A stretch of DNA of 30,877 nucleotides from assembly GCA_046498225.1 (NCBI GenBank), contig JAWOBF010000051.1:1-30877 (forward strand), written 5' to 3'. The notes below the pieces were generated by a model. The model saw only the letters and a program-made list of their open reading frames with translations. It was not told where the DNA came from and did no database searches. Shown one piece after another: positions 1 through 9,363 of the stretch (position 1 is the first letter of the stretch; every line of letters starts with the position of its first letter). Origin of the DNA: Candidatus Aegiribacteria sp. GTDB lineage: Bacteria; Fermentibacterota; Fermentibacteria; Fermentibacterales; JCC-6. The position numbers and the translations under genes are program-made.

Positions 1-1305
1 GAAATACATCACGCCGACATGGGCGCTGACAGGTCCCTGTTCCAGGCTGGTGTAGTATATCTCGTCCGGTTCGGCGTCCCTTACGTTCCCGGTGTATTCC
101 TGAACGGTCCATGACTGAGCGGAAGACCCGTACAGACCGGTAACGCCCAGCTGAAGTCCCAGATGATCGGAAAAAAGATACTCCAGTGTAACATCAGCCA
201 GCGCAGCCACCGAAATAGCGGTGGCGTTGGAGACGATTTCCAGCGACCTCACATCCTGCATGTGAAAGGCCATCTCCCCGCCCCCCGTGATCCTGAGGCC
301 CAGGGACGGGCTTCGAAGCGGCAGCCTGGCGCCGGCCATGAGATCCACTCCCACCAGCGAGGAATGCTCCAGTCCTCCGGCGACTATCCCTCCGCCGAAG
401 GAAAATCCCCATTTCGCCGTTTCCACGCCCAGCCTCAGTCTGTTTGCCCACAGGTCTTCGTCGGGACCCAGTCCGGTTCCCCTCTCAACGGACTGCATGG
501 CTCCGCTGTATTCCAGAAAAATGACCGCCGGGGCGGACTGCTCCACCGCGGTTACGGTACCACCCTCCACCAGCCGGCCGGACAGAAGCCTGGCCGTGGA
601 GCTGGTCCTTCCGGTATCCATGACCTGGAGCAGTCCCCTGCTCCTGAGCCACCGGTACTCCGAGGGATCATCGGGAATGCCTGAGGATACGGCCACTACG
701 GCCATCACCGTACCCCTGTCGATACCGTTCGCGGTGCCCATCGGTATGGTAAAGACCTCCCGGTCTCCGGCTTCGAAGGTTACTTCCATGGGGAACACCT
801 CCAGCAGCGACCTTTCGGCCAGCCCTTCCGCAGCCTGCATCGCCAGCCGGTGAGTGTCCGGCTCCAGCGGGAGGCGTCCTTCCCTGGTGGCGGTGCCGCG
901 GAGATTCTCGATGAGGCTGCCGGTGGAGCTGTAGAACCTCCCCAGGGCTTCCACGGAGACCACCCTTACTGTCACCAGGGAATCCTGACGCATTACCGTC
1001 CGGTCGTTCACTTCGGGATGGAGCAGTTCGAGGGCCATGAAAACATCGACGCTGTATTCAGCGGCTATGGTCCTGAGAGAGTCGAGGAATGAACCGGTGA
1101 TAGGAAGGTAGGCCGCCTCGCCCAGGTCCACCATCTGGAACCTGCCGCTCTCCTCCAGCCGCTGGCTGACTACATGCAGAACGGCGCTGTCGGGGGCGAA
1201 ATCATCCATGTCGATGGATAGCACAGCCATTCTGGGAAGGCTGGCCGAAACCGGGACCGATAATAGAAGAACCGCCAGGACGTAAATATGATTGTGGGAA
1301 CGCAT
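1..1305 (-). CDS. Secreted/outer-membrane protein (no stop codon inside the window), >=435 aa: signal peptide, CsgG/FlgT-like alpha/beta region, probable C-terminal beta-barrel
   Basis: Not in the ORF track. My hand translation from ATG 1305 (RBS AGGGAG upstream) stays open to base 1: MRSHNHIYVLAVLLLSVPVSA-SLPRMAVLSID...VSQRLEESGRFQMVD...IPMGTANGIDRGTVM...VTLEYLFSDHLGLQLGVTG...SAHVGVMYF. It has a Sec signal peptide and alternating amphipathic strands at the end. Domain assignments are inference. Confidence 0.75.
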   Translation of the reverse strand, partial: MRSHNHIYVLAVLLLSVPVSASLPRMAVLSIDMDDFAPDSAVLHVVSQRLEESGRFQMVDLGEAAYLPITGSFLDSLRTIAAEYSVDVFMALELLHPEVNDRTVMRQDSLVTVRVVSVEALGRFYSSTGSLIENLRGTATREGRLPLEPDTHRLAMQAAEGLAERSLLEVFPMEVTFEAGDREVFTIPMGTANGIDRGTVMAVVAVSSGIPDDPSEYRWLRSRGLLQVMDTGRTSSTARLLSGRLVEGGTVTAVEQSAPAVIFLEYSGAMQSVERGTGLGPDEDLWANRLRLGVETAKWGFSFGGGIVAGGLEHSSLVGVDLMAGARLPLRSPSLGLRITGGGEMAFHMQDVRSLEIVSNATAISVAALADVTLEYLFSDHLGLQLGVTGLYGSSAQSWTVQEYTGNVRDAEPDEIYYTSLEQGPVSAHVGVMYF

Positions 1306-1315
1306 CTGTTACTCC

Positions 1316-2344
1316 CTACTCCGTTGCCTGCTCCGGAAGGATACTCCCGTTACGTATCAGGTCGTCAAGGTCGTCCGGGGGGACAACCATGACCGTATCT
1401 TCGAATTCGACCTGAATATAATCCCTCCAGTCGGGTAAAAGCGAATCAAGGAGCAGGGCGGTGGCGCTGTCGGGCCATCCCCCGGCGTCGAAGACCAGTA
1501 GAAGGCCGGGCTCCGCCTCCGCCTCCTCTATCCAGTATGAGCTCTCTGGAGCGGAATCCAAGTCGCCGCTGTGCCGGGTTGTCTCCGTGGAGACGGTCTC
1601 AAGGCCCATGGTATCGCTATCGAGACTGAGCGTAATTGCCGGCTCCTGAGCCTCCTCCATGGCCGCCAGGCCACCTGCCATACCGTCCACTTCCACCTGT
1701 TCTTCAGCCGTTTCACCCCGGCTGGATCCCGGAAGAGCCTCATCCCGGGCGGCAGCGGTCCCCTCCGTCGCGTCCCGCAGCATTTCCTCCGTTTCTTCCG
1801 GTGCCTCGTCGGCGGCAGTATATCCGGAAAGGCCGTAGGATCGGCTGCCTGCATCGGGGATATCCCGGTTCATCGACTCCCCGGCCGATTCCGGGGTTTC
1901 CAGGTCGTCAGACCGGCCAATGACAGCGCTGTCCTGAAAAACAGCCGGCTCTTCCTCGGCTTCGAGCGCTTCCGGAGCCGGATGGACCGACTGCTCCATC
2001 CTGCTCCTGGCCACCGCGGATACCCTGTCCAGGGTGGGTCCGCTGCCGAGGATTAGCTTCACTCCCAGCAGCGCCGCGATTATTCCGGCGGCCGCGGGAA
2101 GCAGAACCTTCCACCCTCCACTTCGGTGCATCCTTCTGAAGAGCTCATCCTCCGCCCGGCGGAACTCGTCGTTTTCCGGGTACTCGAAGTCATCCCTCCA
2201 TGAACGCTCCAGTCTCCGCTGTGATGCCAGTACCTTCCCGCACCGGTCGCAGCTCCTCAGGTGCTCCGATACCTGACGCATCATGTCATCCCGGAGTTCC
2301 CCGTCCAGGAACATCATAAGCGTATCAAAATCAGGACATTTCAT
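1316..2344 (-). CDS. Zinc-binding (ZAS/zf-HC2) transmembrane anti-sigma factor
   Basis: N-terminal FLDGEL...EHLRSCDRC (HxxxCxxC), one TM segment (WKVLLPAAAGIIAALLGVKLIL) and a long acidic extracytoplasmic region. ATGA overlap with the upstream ECF sigma gene. Confidence 0.88.
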   Translation of the reverse strand: MKCPDFDTLMMFLDGELRDDMMRQVSEHLRSCDRCGKVLASQRRLERSWRDDFEYPENDEFRRAEDELFRRMHRSGGWKVLLPAAAGIIAALLGVKLILGSGPTLDRVSAVARSRMEQSVHPAPEALEAEEEPAVFQDSAVIGRSDDLETPESAGESMNRDIPDAGSRSYGLSGYTAADEAPEETEEMLRDATEGTAAARDEALPGSSRGETAEEQVEVDGMAGGLAAMEEAQEPAITLSLDSDTMGLETVSTETTRHSGDLDSAPESSYWIEEAEAEPGLLLVFDAGGWPDSATALLLDSLLPDWRDYIQVEFEDTVMVVPPDDLDDLIRNGSILPEQATE

Positions 2345-2940
2345 TCGAACTCTTCCAGCATCGGTCCCAGTTCCTCCCGTATTCTCGATCTGGCCCGGTT
2401 GAGCCGCGACATCACAGTACCCAGGGCTATATCAAGGCTCTCGGCTATCTCGGAGTAGCTCAGCTGCTGGTCCACCCTCAATACGAATACGGCCTTCAGG
2501 GCCGGAGAGAGCTTCTGAACGGCCTTCTCCACGGATTCTGCCAGCTGCTCCGCAGCCGCCCTGTCAGCAAGCTCCGCCCGGGTCACCTGCTGTCCCTCCG
2601 CGCTGAACGCCTCCTCGAAATGCACCTCTCGCCTTCTTCCCTTCTTCCTGGAATAATTGATGGCCAGGTTGGCGGTGATCCGGTATATCCAGGTGAAGAA
2701 CCTGTACCGGGGGTCGAACCTGTCCATCGCCTGCATTGCCCTGATGAAAGCATCCTGAGTGATATCCCACGCTTCGTCGTCGCTTCCGCACATTCTCCTG
2801 GCGACCCTGAAAACCCTCTTCTCGTACTTCCTGAACAGCTCTCCGAAAGCATCCCTGTCTCCGTTCCTGGCTCTTGTGAGAAGTTCAATATCCGGGTTGT
2901 CCTCGGCCACCGCCATCATCAGTAATACACCGGCGAGCAT
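2341..2940 (-). CDS. ECF (sigma70 group 4) RNA polymerase sigma factor
   Basis: Region 2: DRDAFGELFRKY...AWDITQDAFIRA...FFTWIYRITANLAIN. Region 4: LSYSEIAESLDIALGTVMSRLNRAR. The start could be a few codons downstream (MMAVAED). Confidence 0.93.
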   Translation of the reverse strand: MLAGVLLMMAVAEDNPDIELLTRARNGDRDAFGELFRKYEKRVFRVARRMCGSDDEAWDITQDAFIRAMQAMDRFDPRYRFFTWIYRITANLAINYSRKKGRRREVHFEEAFSAEGQQVTRAELADRAAAEQLAESVEKAVQKLSPALKAVFVLRVDQQLSYSEIAESLDIALGTVMSRLNRARSRIREELGPMLEEFE

Positions 2941-2954
2941 TTCTTATTCCCCGG

Positions 2955-3434
2955 TCACAGGTTTATGTAGATGGCTGCGCCTATCCCGGTCTCCCTCTCG
3001 AACACCTCGTTCTCGGTGCTGAAGGGATAGAGATAGGCGTCTACGTAAGCGTCCAGCATGCCGAACAGCCACGCGGCCGAAGTGTACCAGATCAGGTCCA
3101 GCCTTCTCTGGCTGTGGAACTGGTAGGCGGGGTCGTCTTCAGCGTTTCTGGCGTTCTCCGAAGCTATGTGCTCCGAGATAAGCCAGCCCAGCAGACCCAG
3201 TTCGATCGATCCCAGGACCAATCCCTTGACGGGCCTGTGGTTGTAGAACTGTCCCCAGCCCGGAAGAATGGCGGAACGGACCAGGGCGCCGGTGGGATTC
3301 TTAGTGACAATGGCAGGCACCTCGCGGGAGTCCTGAATGCGAATGCTGTCACGGGAGCTTCGGCTTTCGGGATCCGGTGTGCGGTCAGCGCCTCCCGAAA
3401 GGGACGCCAGGACAAGGATGACAGACAGCAGCAT
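2955..3434 (-). CDS. DUF5683/TM2-like membrane protein
   Basis: KNPTGALVRSAILPGWGQFYN and GMLDAYVDAYL motifs, N-terminal hydrophobic signal, in operon order. Confidence 0.7.
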   Translation of the reverse strand: MLLSVILVLASLSGGADRTPDPESRSSRDSIRIQDSREVPAIVTKNPTGALVRSAILPGWGQFYNHRPVKGLVLGSIELGLLGWLISEHIASENARNAEDDPAYQFHSQRRLDLIWYTSAAWLFGMLDAYVDAYLYPFSTENEVFERETGIGAAIYINL

Positions 3435-3445
3435 ACTCCTCGGAA

Positions 3446-4207
3446 TCAGCTGATAACTCCCCTTGAACTCGCCAGGATGAAATCCGCGAGGTACTTCGAA
3501 TCAGTTGAGATATCGGGGTTCTCGAGGAGGGTCCGGGCCTTCACGGTGAGTATTCCCTCCTCCCTGAACAGGTGCCTGAACGTTCCTTCAAGCTCCTTCA
3601 GCCTCTCCCCGGTGAAACCTTTCCTGCGCAGGCCAACCATGTTCAGCGATACGGCCCTCAGGGGTCTGCCGCCGGCGAGCACGAAAGGCGGAATATCCTT
3701 GCTGACCCTGTAGCCTCCGCCTATCATGGCATGTCTGCCGATCCTCACGAACTGGTGCACGGGCACGACACCGCCTATGGTAACATCGTCACCGATCTCC
3801 ACATGACCTGCCATGTTGACGGTGTTGGCCAGTATGACCCTGTCACCGATGACGCAGTCGTGGGCTATGTGAACATAGGCCATGATCAGGCAGTCCTCGC
3901 CCACGGTGGTCCTCCCGGAGTCTCCGGTCCCCCTGTTGAGATTGGCGAATTCCCGAATGACGGTCCCCGCCCCAATAACCAGTTCGGTCCGCTCTCCCCT
4001 GAACTTGAGGTCCTGAGGGTCGGTTCCCACAACAGCGGAGGGACCAATGGCAACCCGGTCCCCTATGCGGCAGGGGCCGGTCACGAAGGCGTGGGGACCG
4101 ATGCTGACGTTCCTGCCCAGCCGGACATCGGGGCCTATTACCGCATAGGGCCCGACTTCCGCGTCAGAGGGTATATCCGATTCGACAACAGCTGTGGGGT
4201 GTATCAT
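3446..4207 (-). CDS. lpxA: UDP-N-acetylglucosamine O-acyltransferase
   Basis: Real start MIHPTAVV at 4207 (ATGA overlap with the lpxC-fabZ stop). Hexapeptide repeats, PQDLKF, AYVHIAHDC, HQFVRIG. Confidence 0.96.
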   Translation of the reverse strand: MIHPTAVVESDIPSDAEVGPYAVIGPDVRLGRNVSIGPHAFVTGPCRIGDRVAIGPSAVVGTDPQDLKFRGERTELVIGAGTVIREFANLNRGTGDSGRTTVGEDCLIMAYVHIAHDCVIGDRVILANTVNMAGHVEIGDDVTIGGVVPVHQFVRIGRHAMIGGGYRVSKDIPPFVLAGGRPLRAVSLNMVGLRRKGFTGERLKELEGTFRHLFREEGILTVKARTLLENPDISTDSKYLADFILASSRGVIS

Positions 4208-5520
4208 TCCTTCTCCACCAGCATGGCCATCAGCGTGGCTTCGACCGCAACCTTGCCATCCACTCTGGCCACTCCTTTCATGCGGCACATGGGACCCCTC
4301 TTCTGTATCATCTCCAGTTCGAACACTATCTGGTCACCGGGCTGCACGGGATTCCTGAACCTCACCTTGTCCATTCCGGTAAAATACACCAGCCATTCAT
4401 TGGGATCCTCCACCGAGTTGAAGAGCATCAGCCCTCCAACCTGGCCCATGGCCTCTATCACCAGGACACCCGGCATGATGGGTCTTCCGGGAAAATGACC
4501 CTGAAAGAAGGATTCGTTGATGGAAACGTTCTTTAGACCCACTATCCGCTTGTCCGGTTCAACTTCCAGCACTCTGTCCACCAGAAGGAATGGATACCTG
4601 TGGGGAAGCAGGTTCATGATGTCACTGATGTCCCATTTCTTGTCCGTAAGAGGGGGGGATTCCTTTATCTTCCTGTTCACCTCACCTATCCTCTTGACGA
4701 ACTTCACGTTGGAGGCATGCCCCGACTTGGCGGAGATGATATGGCCCTGAAGCCTCGCGCCCAGAAGGGACAGGTCGCCTATCAGGTCCAGTATCTTGTG
4801 CCTTACGAACTCATCGGGAAACCTGAGAGGTTCATCGTTGAGTATCCCATCGTCCCCCACCACCACCGCGTTCTCCAGCGTTCCGCCCTTTATCAGGTTC
4901 TTTTCCTGCAGGTGTTTGACGTCATCGTAGAGGCAGAATGTCCTGGCCGGCGCTATCTCATTCCTGAAGCTGTCAGGTGTGATGTCCAGCGACATGTACT
5001 GGGTGCCCAGGACCGGATGGTCGTAATCGATGGTAAAGCTAACCTTCAGGCCGCTGTAGGGAACGGCGGTGAGGCTGGCCCCGAAAGCGTCGATGCTTAT
5101 GGGCTTGTCTATTCTGACGACTCTGCAGGCTTTGCCCTCATGCTCCCTTATCCCGCCGTTCTCCAGCGCCTCCAGGTAGCTTCTTATCGACCCGTCCGCG
5201 GGCTCCGGCGGTTCGTCGGAATCCAGTTCTATGATGCAGTTGTCAATGGAGAGGCCGTAAAGGGCTGACAGTACGTGCTCAACTGTATGCACCTCGTAGT
5301 AATCGTATCCCAGAGTAGTCCGTCTGGACTGCTCCTCCACCTGCCGGACGTTCTCAAGGCAGGCTTTAATCCTCGGTCTGCTCCTTACATCGGTCCTCAC
5401 GAACACTATCCCGGTATCGGCGGGGGCAGGTTTGAATGTGATGGAGGTTTCCTTGCCCAGATGCAGGCCTATTCCGCTGTAGACAACCGGTTCAGCAAGT
5501 GTGGTCTGGTAATGGTTCAT
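4204..5520 (-). CDS. lpxC: Bifunctional LpxC deacetylase / FabZ 3-hydroxyacyl-ACP dehydratase
   Basis: LpxC motifs GIGLHLG, TVEHVLSAL, IAPARTF, RHKILDLIGDL, SGH. C-terminal FabZ motifs LPHRYPFLLVDRV, FQGHFPGRPIMPGVLVIEAMGQ. Confidence 0.96.
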   Translation of the reverse strand: MNHYQTTLAEPVVYSGIGLHLGKETSITFKPAPADTGIVFVRTDVRSRPRIKACLENVRQVEEQSRRTTLGYDYYEVHTVEHVLSALYGLSIDNCIIELDSDEPPEPADGSIRSYLEALENGGIREHEGKACRVVRIDKPISIDAFGASLTAVPYSGLKVSFTIDYDHPVLGTQYMSLDITPDSFRNEIAPARTFCLYDDVKHLQEKNLIKGGTLENAVVVGDDGILNDEPLRFPDEFVRHKILDLIGDLSLLGARLQGHIISAKSGHASNVKFVKRIGEVNRKIKESPPLTDKKWDISDIMNLLPHRYPFLLVDRVLEVEPDKRIVGLKNVSINESFFQGHFPGRPIMPGVLVIEAMGQVGGLMLFNSVEDPNEWLVYFTGMDKVRFRNPVQPGDQIVFELEMIQKRGPMCRMKGVARVDGKVAVEATLMAMLVEKE

Positions 5521-6545
5521 TCATCTTCCTCTTCGTTGTTCCCGTGTTCCCTCATGAAATCCATGACCTTTCTTCTGAATTCCGGAAGGTCTATCAGGGC
5601 CGCGTTGACCCTCAGGGATTTTCCGTGAGCTCGGGCAGGATAGCCTGAAACAGTCGCCCCCGCCGGTACATCCTTCATCACTCCGGCCTGAGCGGCTACG
5701 GTGGAACCATCCCCTATTCTGATGTGTCCCGCTATGCCCGCCTGTCCGCCGAAGGTAACACCCGTTCCCACCGTGGTGCTTCCGGCGAAACCGGTCTGCG
5801 CCGCTATCAGGCAATTAGCGCCGATGGTAACATTATGGGCCACATGGACCAGATTGTCTAGCTTTGAGGATTTGCCGATAAGAGTCCTGCCTGCAACGGC
5901 TCTGTCGATAGTGCACCCCGCGCCGATCTCGACATCATCCTCCACGAAGGCTATGCCGTTCTGTGGTACTTTCAGGTGGCCTTCGGGGTCCGGCACGAAC
6001 CCGAAACCGTCGGAGCCTATCACCGCTCCGGAGTGGATTATGACCCTGTCGCAGACCACGCAGTCATGATAGACCACAACTCCGGGATACAGCAGGCAGT
6101 CCTCACCTACGGCCGCACCGGGACCGATGTGGACCCCGGCACCTATCACGGTGCCCTTCCCCACCCTGGCGTGAGCGTCCACAGAGGCGCCGGGACCCAC
6201 CGAAGCGCTTTCATGAATGACGGCTTCAGGATGGATGACCGCGGCGGGATGCACCCCTTCGAATCCGCCGGGTGTCTCTTTGCGGAACAGTATCAGGGCT
6301 TTTCTGAACGCTCGGTATGGATGGGCGACTAGAATCAGGTTCGCGGCGGAGGTCCGGACCCTCTCACCTGCTATGACCGCCAGCGCGGAGGTGGATGTCA
6401 GATACTTCCGGTAGGCCCTGTTGCCGTAGTAGCAGACCTGGTCGGGACCGGCTTCCTGAATGGTGGATACTCCCGCCACTTCCTTTTCCCCATCCGGACC
6501 ATGCAGTTCACCATCAAGTTTCGCGGCCAGAATGGACAGTTTCAT
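5517..6545 (-). CDS. lpxD: UDP-3-O-acylglucosamine N-acyltransferase
   Basis: Probable start MKLSILAAKL at 6545, right after the skp stop. Motifs GSDGFGF, EIGAGCTIDRA, KLDNLVHVAHNV, GGQAGIAGH. Confidence 0.95.
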   Translation of the reverse strand: MKLSILAAKLDGELHGPDGEKEVAGVSTIQEAGPDQVCYYGNRAYRKYLTSTSALAVIAGERVRTSAANLILVAHPYRAFRKALILFRKETPGGFEGVHPAAVIHPEAVIHESASVGPGASVDAHARVGKGTVIGAGVHIGPGAAVGEDCLLYPGVVVYHDCVVCDRVIIHSGAVIGSDGFGFVPDPEGHLKVPQNGIAFVEDDVEIGAGCTIDRAVAGRTLIGKSSKLDNLVHVAHNVTIGANCLIAAQTGFAGSTTVGTGVTFGGQAGIAGHIRIGDGSTVAAQAGVMKDVPAGATVSGYPARAHGKSLRVNAALIDLPEFRRKVMDFMREHGNNEEEDE

Positions 6546-6546
6546 G

Positions 6547-7053
6547 TCAGTCGCCGCCTCCGGTTGCCAGCCTCTCCAGGACCATGTCGGTGATATCGAT
6601 GGAATTGCTGACGAATACAACAAGCCCGCCCGAGGTGTCCAGAACAATATCGAACCCCTCTTCCACGCTTATTTCCTGCACCGTCTCGTTGATGGACGCC
6701 ACTATTGGGGAAACCAGCTGGCTGTTCCTGGTTTCCACCTGGCCCCCCGGACCGAATGTCGAGGAGAGGAAATTCTGGAGTTCCTCCGTCTTCTCCTCAA
6801 GCAGGGCTTCTCTCTCCCTTCTCCTTTCGGGGCTCATGACCATGGTATATTCCAGGTCCGTCCTTATGGCGTCTATCTCGTCCTGGAGGGAGTCGGCGTG
6901 AGCTTCCCACTCCTCTATCTCCATCTCCAGAAGTTCGGTGGCGTCGGCCACTTCTCCGAGGTTTTCGAATATCCTGTCGGAATCGATAACCGCCACGCTC
7001 TGGGCCGAAGCCGCCACCACGGCGGCCAGTACAGCGAATAATGCAAATCTCAT
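6547..7053 (-). CDS. skp: OmpH/Skp periplasmic chaperone
   Basis: Start MRFALFAVLAAVVAASA-Q at 7053 with GGAGG RBS. VAVIDSDRIF, coiled coil, GFDIVLD, DITDMVLERL. Sits between bamA and lpxD. Confidence 0.9.
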   Translation of the reverse strand: MRFALFAVLAAVVAASAQSVAVIDSDRIFENLGEVADATELLEMEIEEWEAHADSLQDEIDAIRTDLEYTMVMSPERRREREALLEEKTEELQNFLSSTFGPGGQVETRNSQLVSPIVASINETVQEISVEEGFDIVLDTSGGLVVFVSNSIDITDMVLERLATGGGD

Positions 7054-7081
7054 AAGCTTGAACCTCCGAATGTGCTCCATT

Positions 7082-7110
7082 CCGGACCCGAAGCCAGCTC
7101 CGGGGTCCGG
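7082..7110 (-). other. GC-rich intercistronic hairpin between bamA and skp
   Basis: CCGGACCC (7082-7089) and GGGTCCGG (7103-7110) are perfect complements, extendable inward with G-U pairing. No U-tract. Confidence 0.5.
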
Positions 7111-7131
7111 GTATCATCATCAGACATGTTC

Positions 7132-9363
7132 TTAGAAGATCGTGCCGAACTGGAAGTGTGGTTCCCAGCCGCCATCGGGTTCGTCAAAGCCGTAAGCGTA
7201 GTCGAATCCTATGACCCCCAGCATGGGGACCTCTATCCTGACTCCGAGACCGGCTCCCCTTCTCAGATTCGAGAAGTCGCTGGTTTCCCATGAGTTCCAG
7301 GTATTGCCTGCATCGGCGAAGACAGCCAGCTGGATCTGGTCGATCACCCTCCACCTGTATTCGGCGGACAGTATGAGCATGGACCGTCCACCCACCTGAT
7401 CGTACCCCTCCCTGGCCACTATCGCCTCCTGAGGGTATCCCCTCAGCCCGTAGAATCCAGTGCCTCCCAGCTCGAAGAGTTCGTAGGCGGGGGGTTCCAT
7501 GCCGTCCAGGGATGCCACCGTCCCAACCCTGGCTCTGAGGAAGAAGATGAAGTCCCAGAACGAAGGTACGTACCAGCTGCTGTCCAGAAGGTACTTCTGA
7601 TATCCTATGTTCCCGCCCAGGATACCGCCGGCGAACTCGCCGGTGACCCGGTTCAGTGATCCCCGGGAAGCGAACATCTGCCTGTCGCGGCTGTCCCTGG
7701 TGAAGGTGAGGGTCGCCGAACTTGTCCACCTGGGCCAGTCCAGGTCCCGAAGCGAATAGTAGTAGCTGGTGGAGTCCGAGGTGATGTTGAACACATCCAC
7801 CTTCTCCAGGTTGTACTTGATGGAGGCGGAGCCGTAATCCACCCAGGGGAGTGGCCTGCCAACAGAAACCGCCCCTCCGGTCCTCCTGCGGTCGTAGGCG
7901 GATTCGTCGTAGGTGGTGTGGAAGAGTTCGCCTCCCAGCGAAAGGGGCGTGTCCCGGAACCAGGGTTCCATGAAACTTATGTGAAAGTCGTTGCGCTTCT
8001 TGGAGAACTGATAGTTGAAGGAGATGTTCTGCCCGCGGCCGAACAGGTTGGTCTCCCCCAGTTCGATGAATCCGCTGAAACCGGTGCCGCCACCGTAGGC
8101 GGCGCCGACCCCGGCCTTGCCGGTGGTCTTTTCGGCCACATCGAAAATTACATCGACGTCAGGGGAGTCCTCGAGGTAGCGGAAATCCACCGCGACGTCA
8201 CTGAAATAGTTGAGGTAGAAGATGTTCCTGTAGCTCCTCATGAGAGCGGACCGCTGGAACATGTCACCGGGATAGATGTTGAGTTCCCGTCTTATTACAT
8301 TCTCCAGCGTCCGGTTGTTGCCGGTTATGTCTATTCGCCTGATATGAGCCCTCTCGCCCTCCTCCACCAGGAAGGCTACATCCATGATGTTTCCCGAATC
8401 TCCCGAGGTCACCACCGGCTCGATACCGGCATAGAAGTGACCACGCTCCTGAAAGAGCTCGTACATGGTCATGAGTGAGGACTGCAGCTTCTCCAGGCTG
8501 TACTCCTGACCGGGTTCGATGTCCATCACCGACATGAGGACCGAATCGGGAAAGGCCTCGTTGCCGGATACGGATATGTCCCCGAAGGTGAAATGCTCCC
8601 CCTCTGAAACTGTCACGTCGAACCTCAGATGCCGGCCGTCCTCCATGATGGATTCCTCCACGTCCAGTATCCCGGCTTCCGGATAACCGTGGTTCTGATA
8701 GAATGCTATCACCGAATCGAGACTGGCCTCGAACTCGCTCTCCCTGTACCTGCCGGTCCTCCAGAAGGAATCCTGTCTGGTGTCCATCTCACCCCGGAGC
8801 TTTCCGTCGTCGAAGGTCTCGTTACCGAAGAAGTTGATCTCTCCTACCCTAATGTCCGGACCCTCTTCGCATTCGAAAAGGAGAACGCTGCGGTTGCCCT
8901 GGTCCGGTTCCAGCCAGACCGGTTCCACCTGTGCCCTGTGCCTGTGCTTCTCCGCGTAGAAATGCAGGACTACGTTGCGGGCCCTCTCCACCTGAGCCGG
9001 TGATACGGTCTGACCCGGAAAGAGCGAGAGAGAATCCAGGACGTCATCCTCATCAAGATGACCGGGATTGCTGAACTCTATTCGGCTGAGCAGCCTGTTC
9101 TCGGTAACGGAGATGAGCAGGTCCGCCGTACCCCCGGAGGTATCGGCCAGTATCTCGATGTCACTGAAGTAACCGAGCCCGAACAGGTCCCTGGTCGCCT
9201 GACCGAGATAAACGGAATCGAACTGGTCACCGGGTTCAAGCCCGAAGACCCTTATAATGAGGTCGCTGCTCACGAAAGTATTGCCGGTGACCTCCACCGA
9301 CTCGACTTCCAGTGCCAGCGATGCGCTTAACGCTATGGCCAGTACTGTCAAAACGTATTTCAA
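7132..9363 (-). CDS. bamA: Outer membrane protein assembly factor BamA
   Basis: TTG start overlapping the clpC stop, signal peptide, five POTRA-type repeats (e.g. VESVEVTGN, VGEINFFGN, IRRIDITGN), NLFGRGQ, LRGY loop, C-terminal HFQFGTIF. Confidence 0.96.
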   Translation of the reverse strand: MKYVLTVLAIALSASLALEVESVEVTGNTFVSSDLIIRVFGLEPGDQFDSVYLGQATRDLFGLGYFSDIEILADTSGGTADLLISVTENRLLSRIEFSNPGHLDEDDVLDSLSLFPGQTVSPAQVERARNVVLHFYAEKHRHRAQVEPVWLEPDQGNRSVLLFECEEGPDIRVGEINFFGNETFDDGKLRGEMDTRQDSFWRTGRYRESEFEASLDSVIAFYQNHGYPEAGILDVEESIMEDGRHLRFDVTVSEGEHFTFGDISVSGNEAFPDSVLMSVMDIEPGQEYSLEKLQSSLMTMYELFQERGHFYAGIEPVVTSGDSGNIMDVAFLVEEGERAHIRRIDITGNNRTLENVIRRELNIYPGDMFQRSALMRSYRNIFYLNYFSDVAVDFRYLEDSPDVDVIFDVAEKTTGKAGVGAAYGGGTGFSGFIELGETNLFGRGQNISFNYQFSKKRNDFHISFMEPWFRDTPLSLGGELFHTTYDESAYDRRRTGGAVSVGRPLPWVDYGSASIKYNLEKVDVFNITSDSTSYYYSLRDLDWPRWTSSATLTFTRDSRDRQMFASRGSLNRVTGEFAGGILGGNIGYQKYLLDSSWYVPSFWDFIFFLRARVGTVASLDGMEPPAYELFELGGTGFYGLRGYPQEAIVAREGYDQVGGRSMLILSAEYRWRVIDQIQLAVFADAGNTWNSWETSDFSNLRRGAGLGVRIEVPMLGVIGFDYAYGFDEPDGGWEPHFQFGTIF

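Noticed and set aside
163..1092. Plus-strand ORFs 163-684, 287-853 and 850-1092
   Set aside because: Shadows of the minus-strand 1305->1 gene, which has an RBS, signal peptide and operon context.
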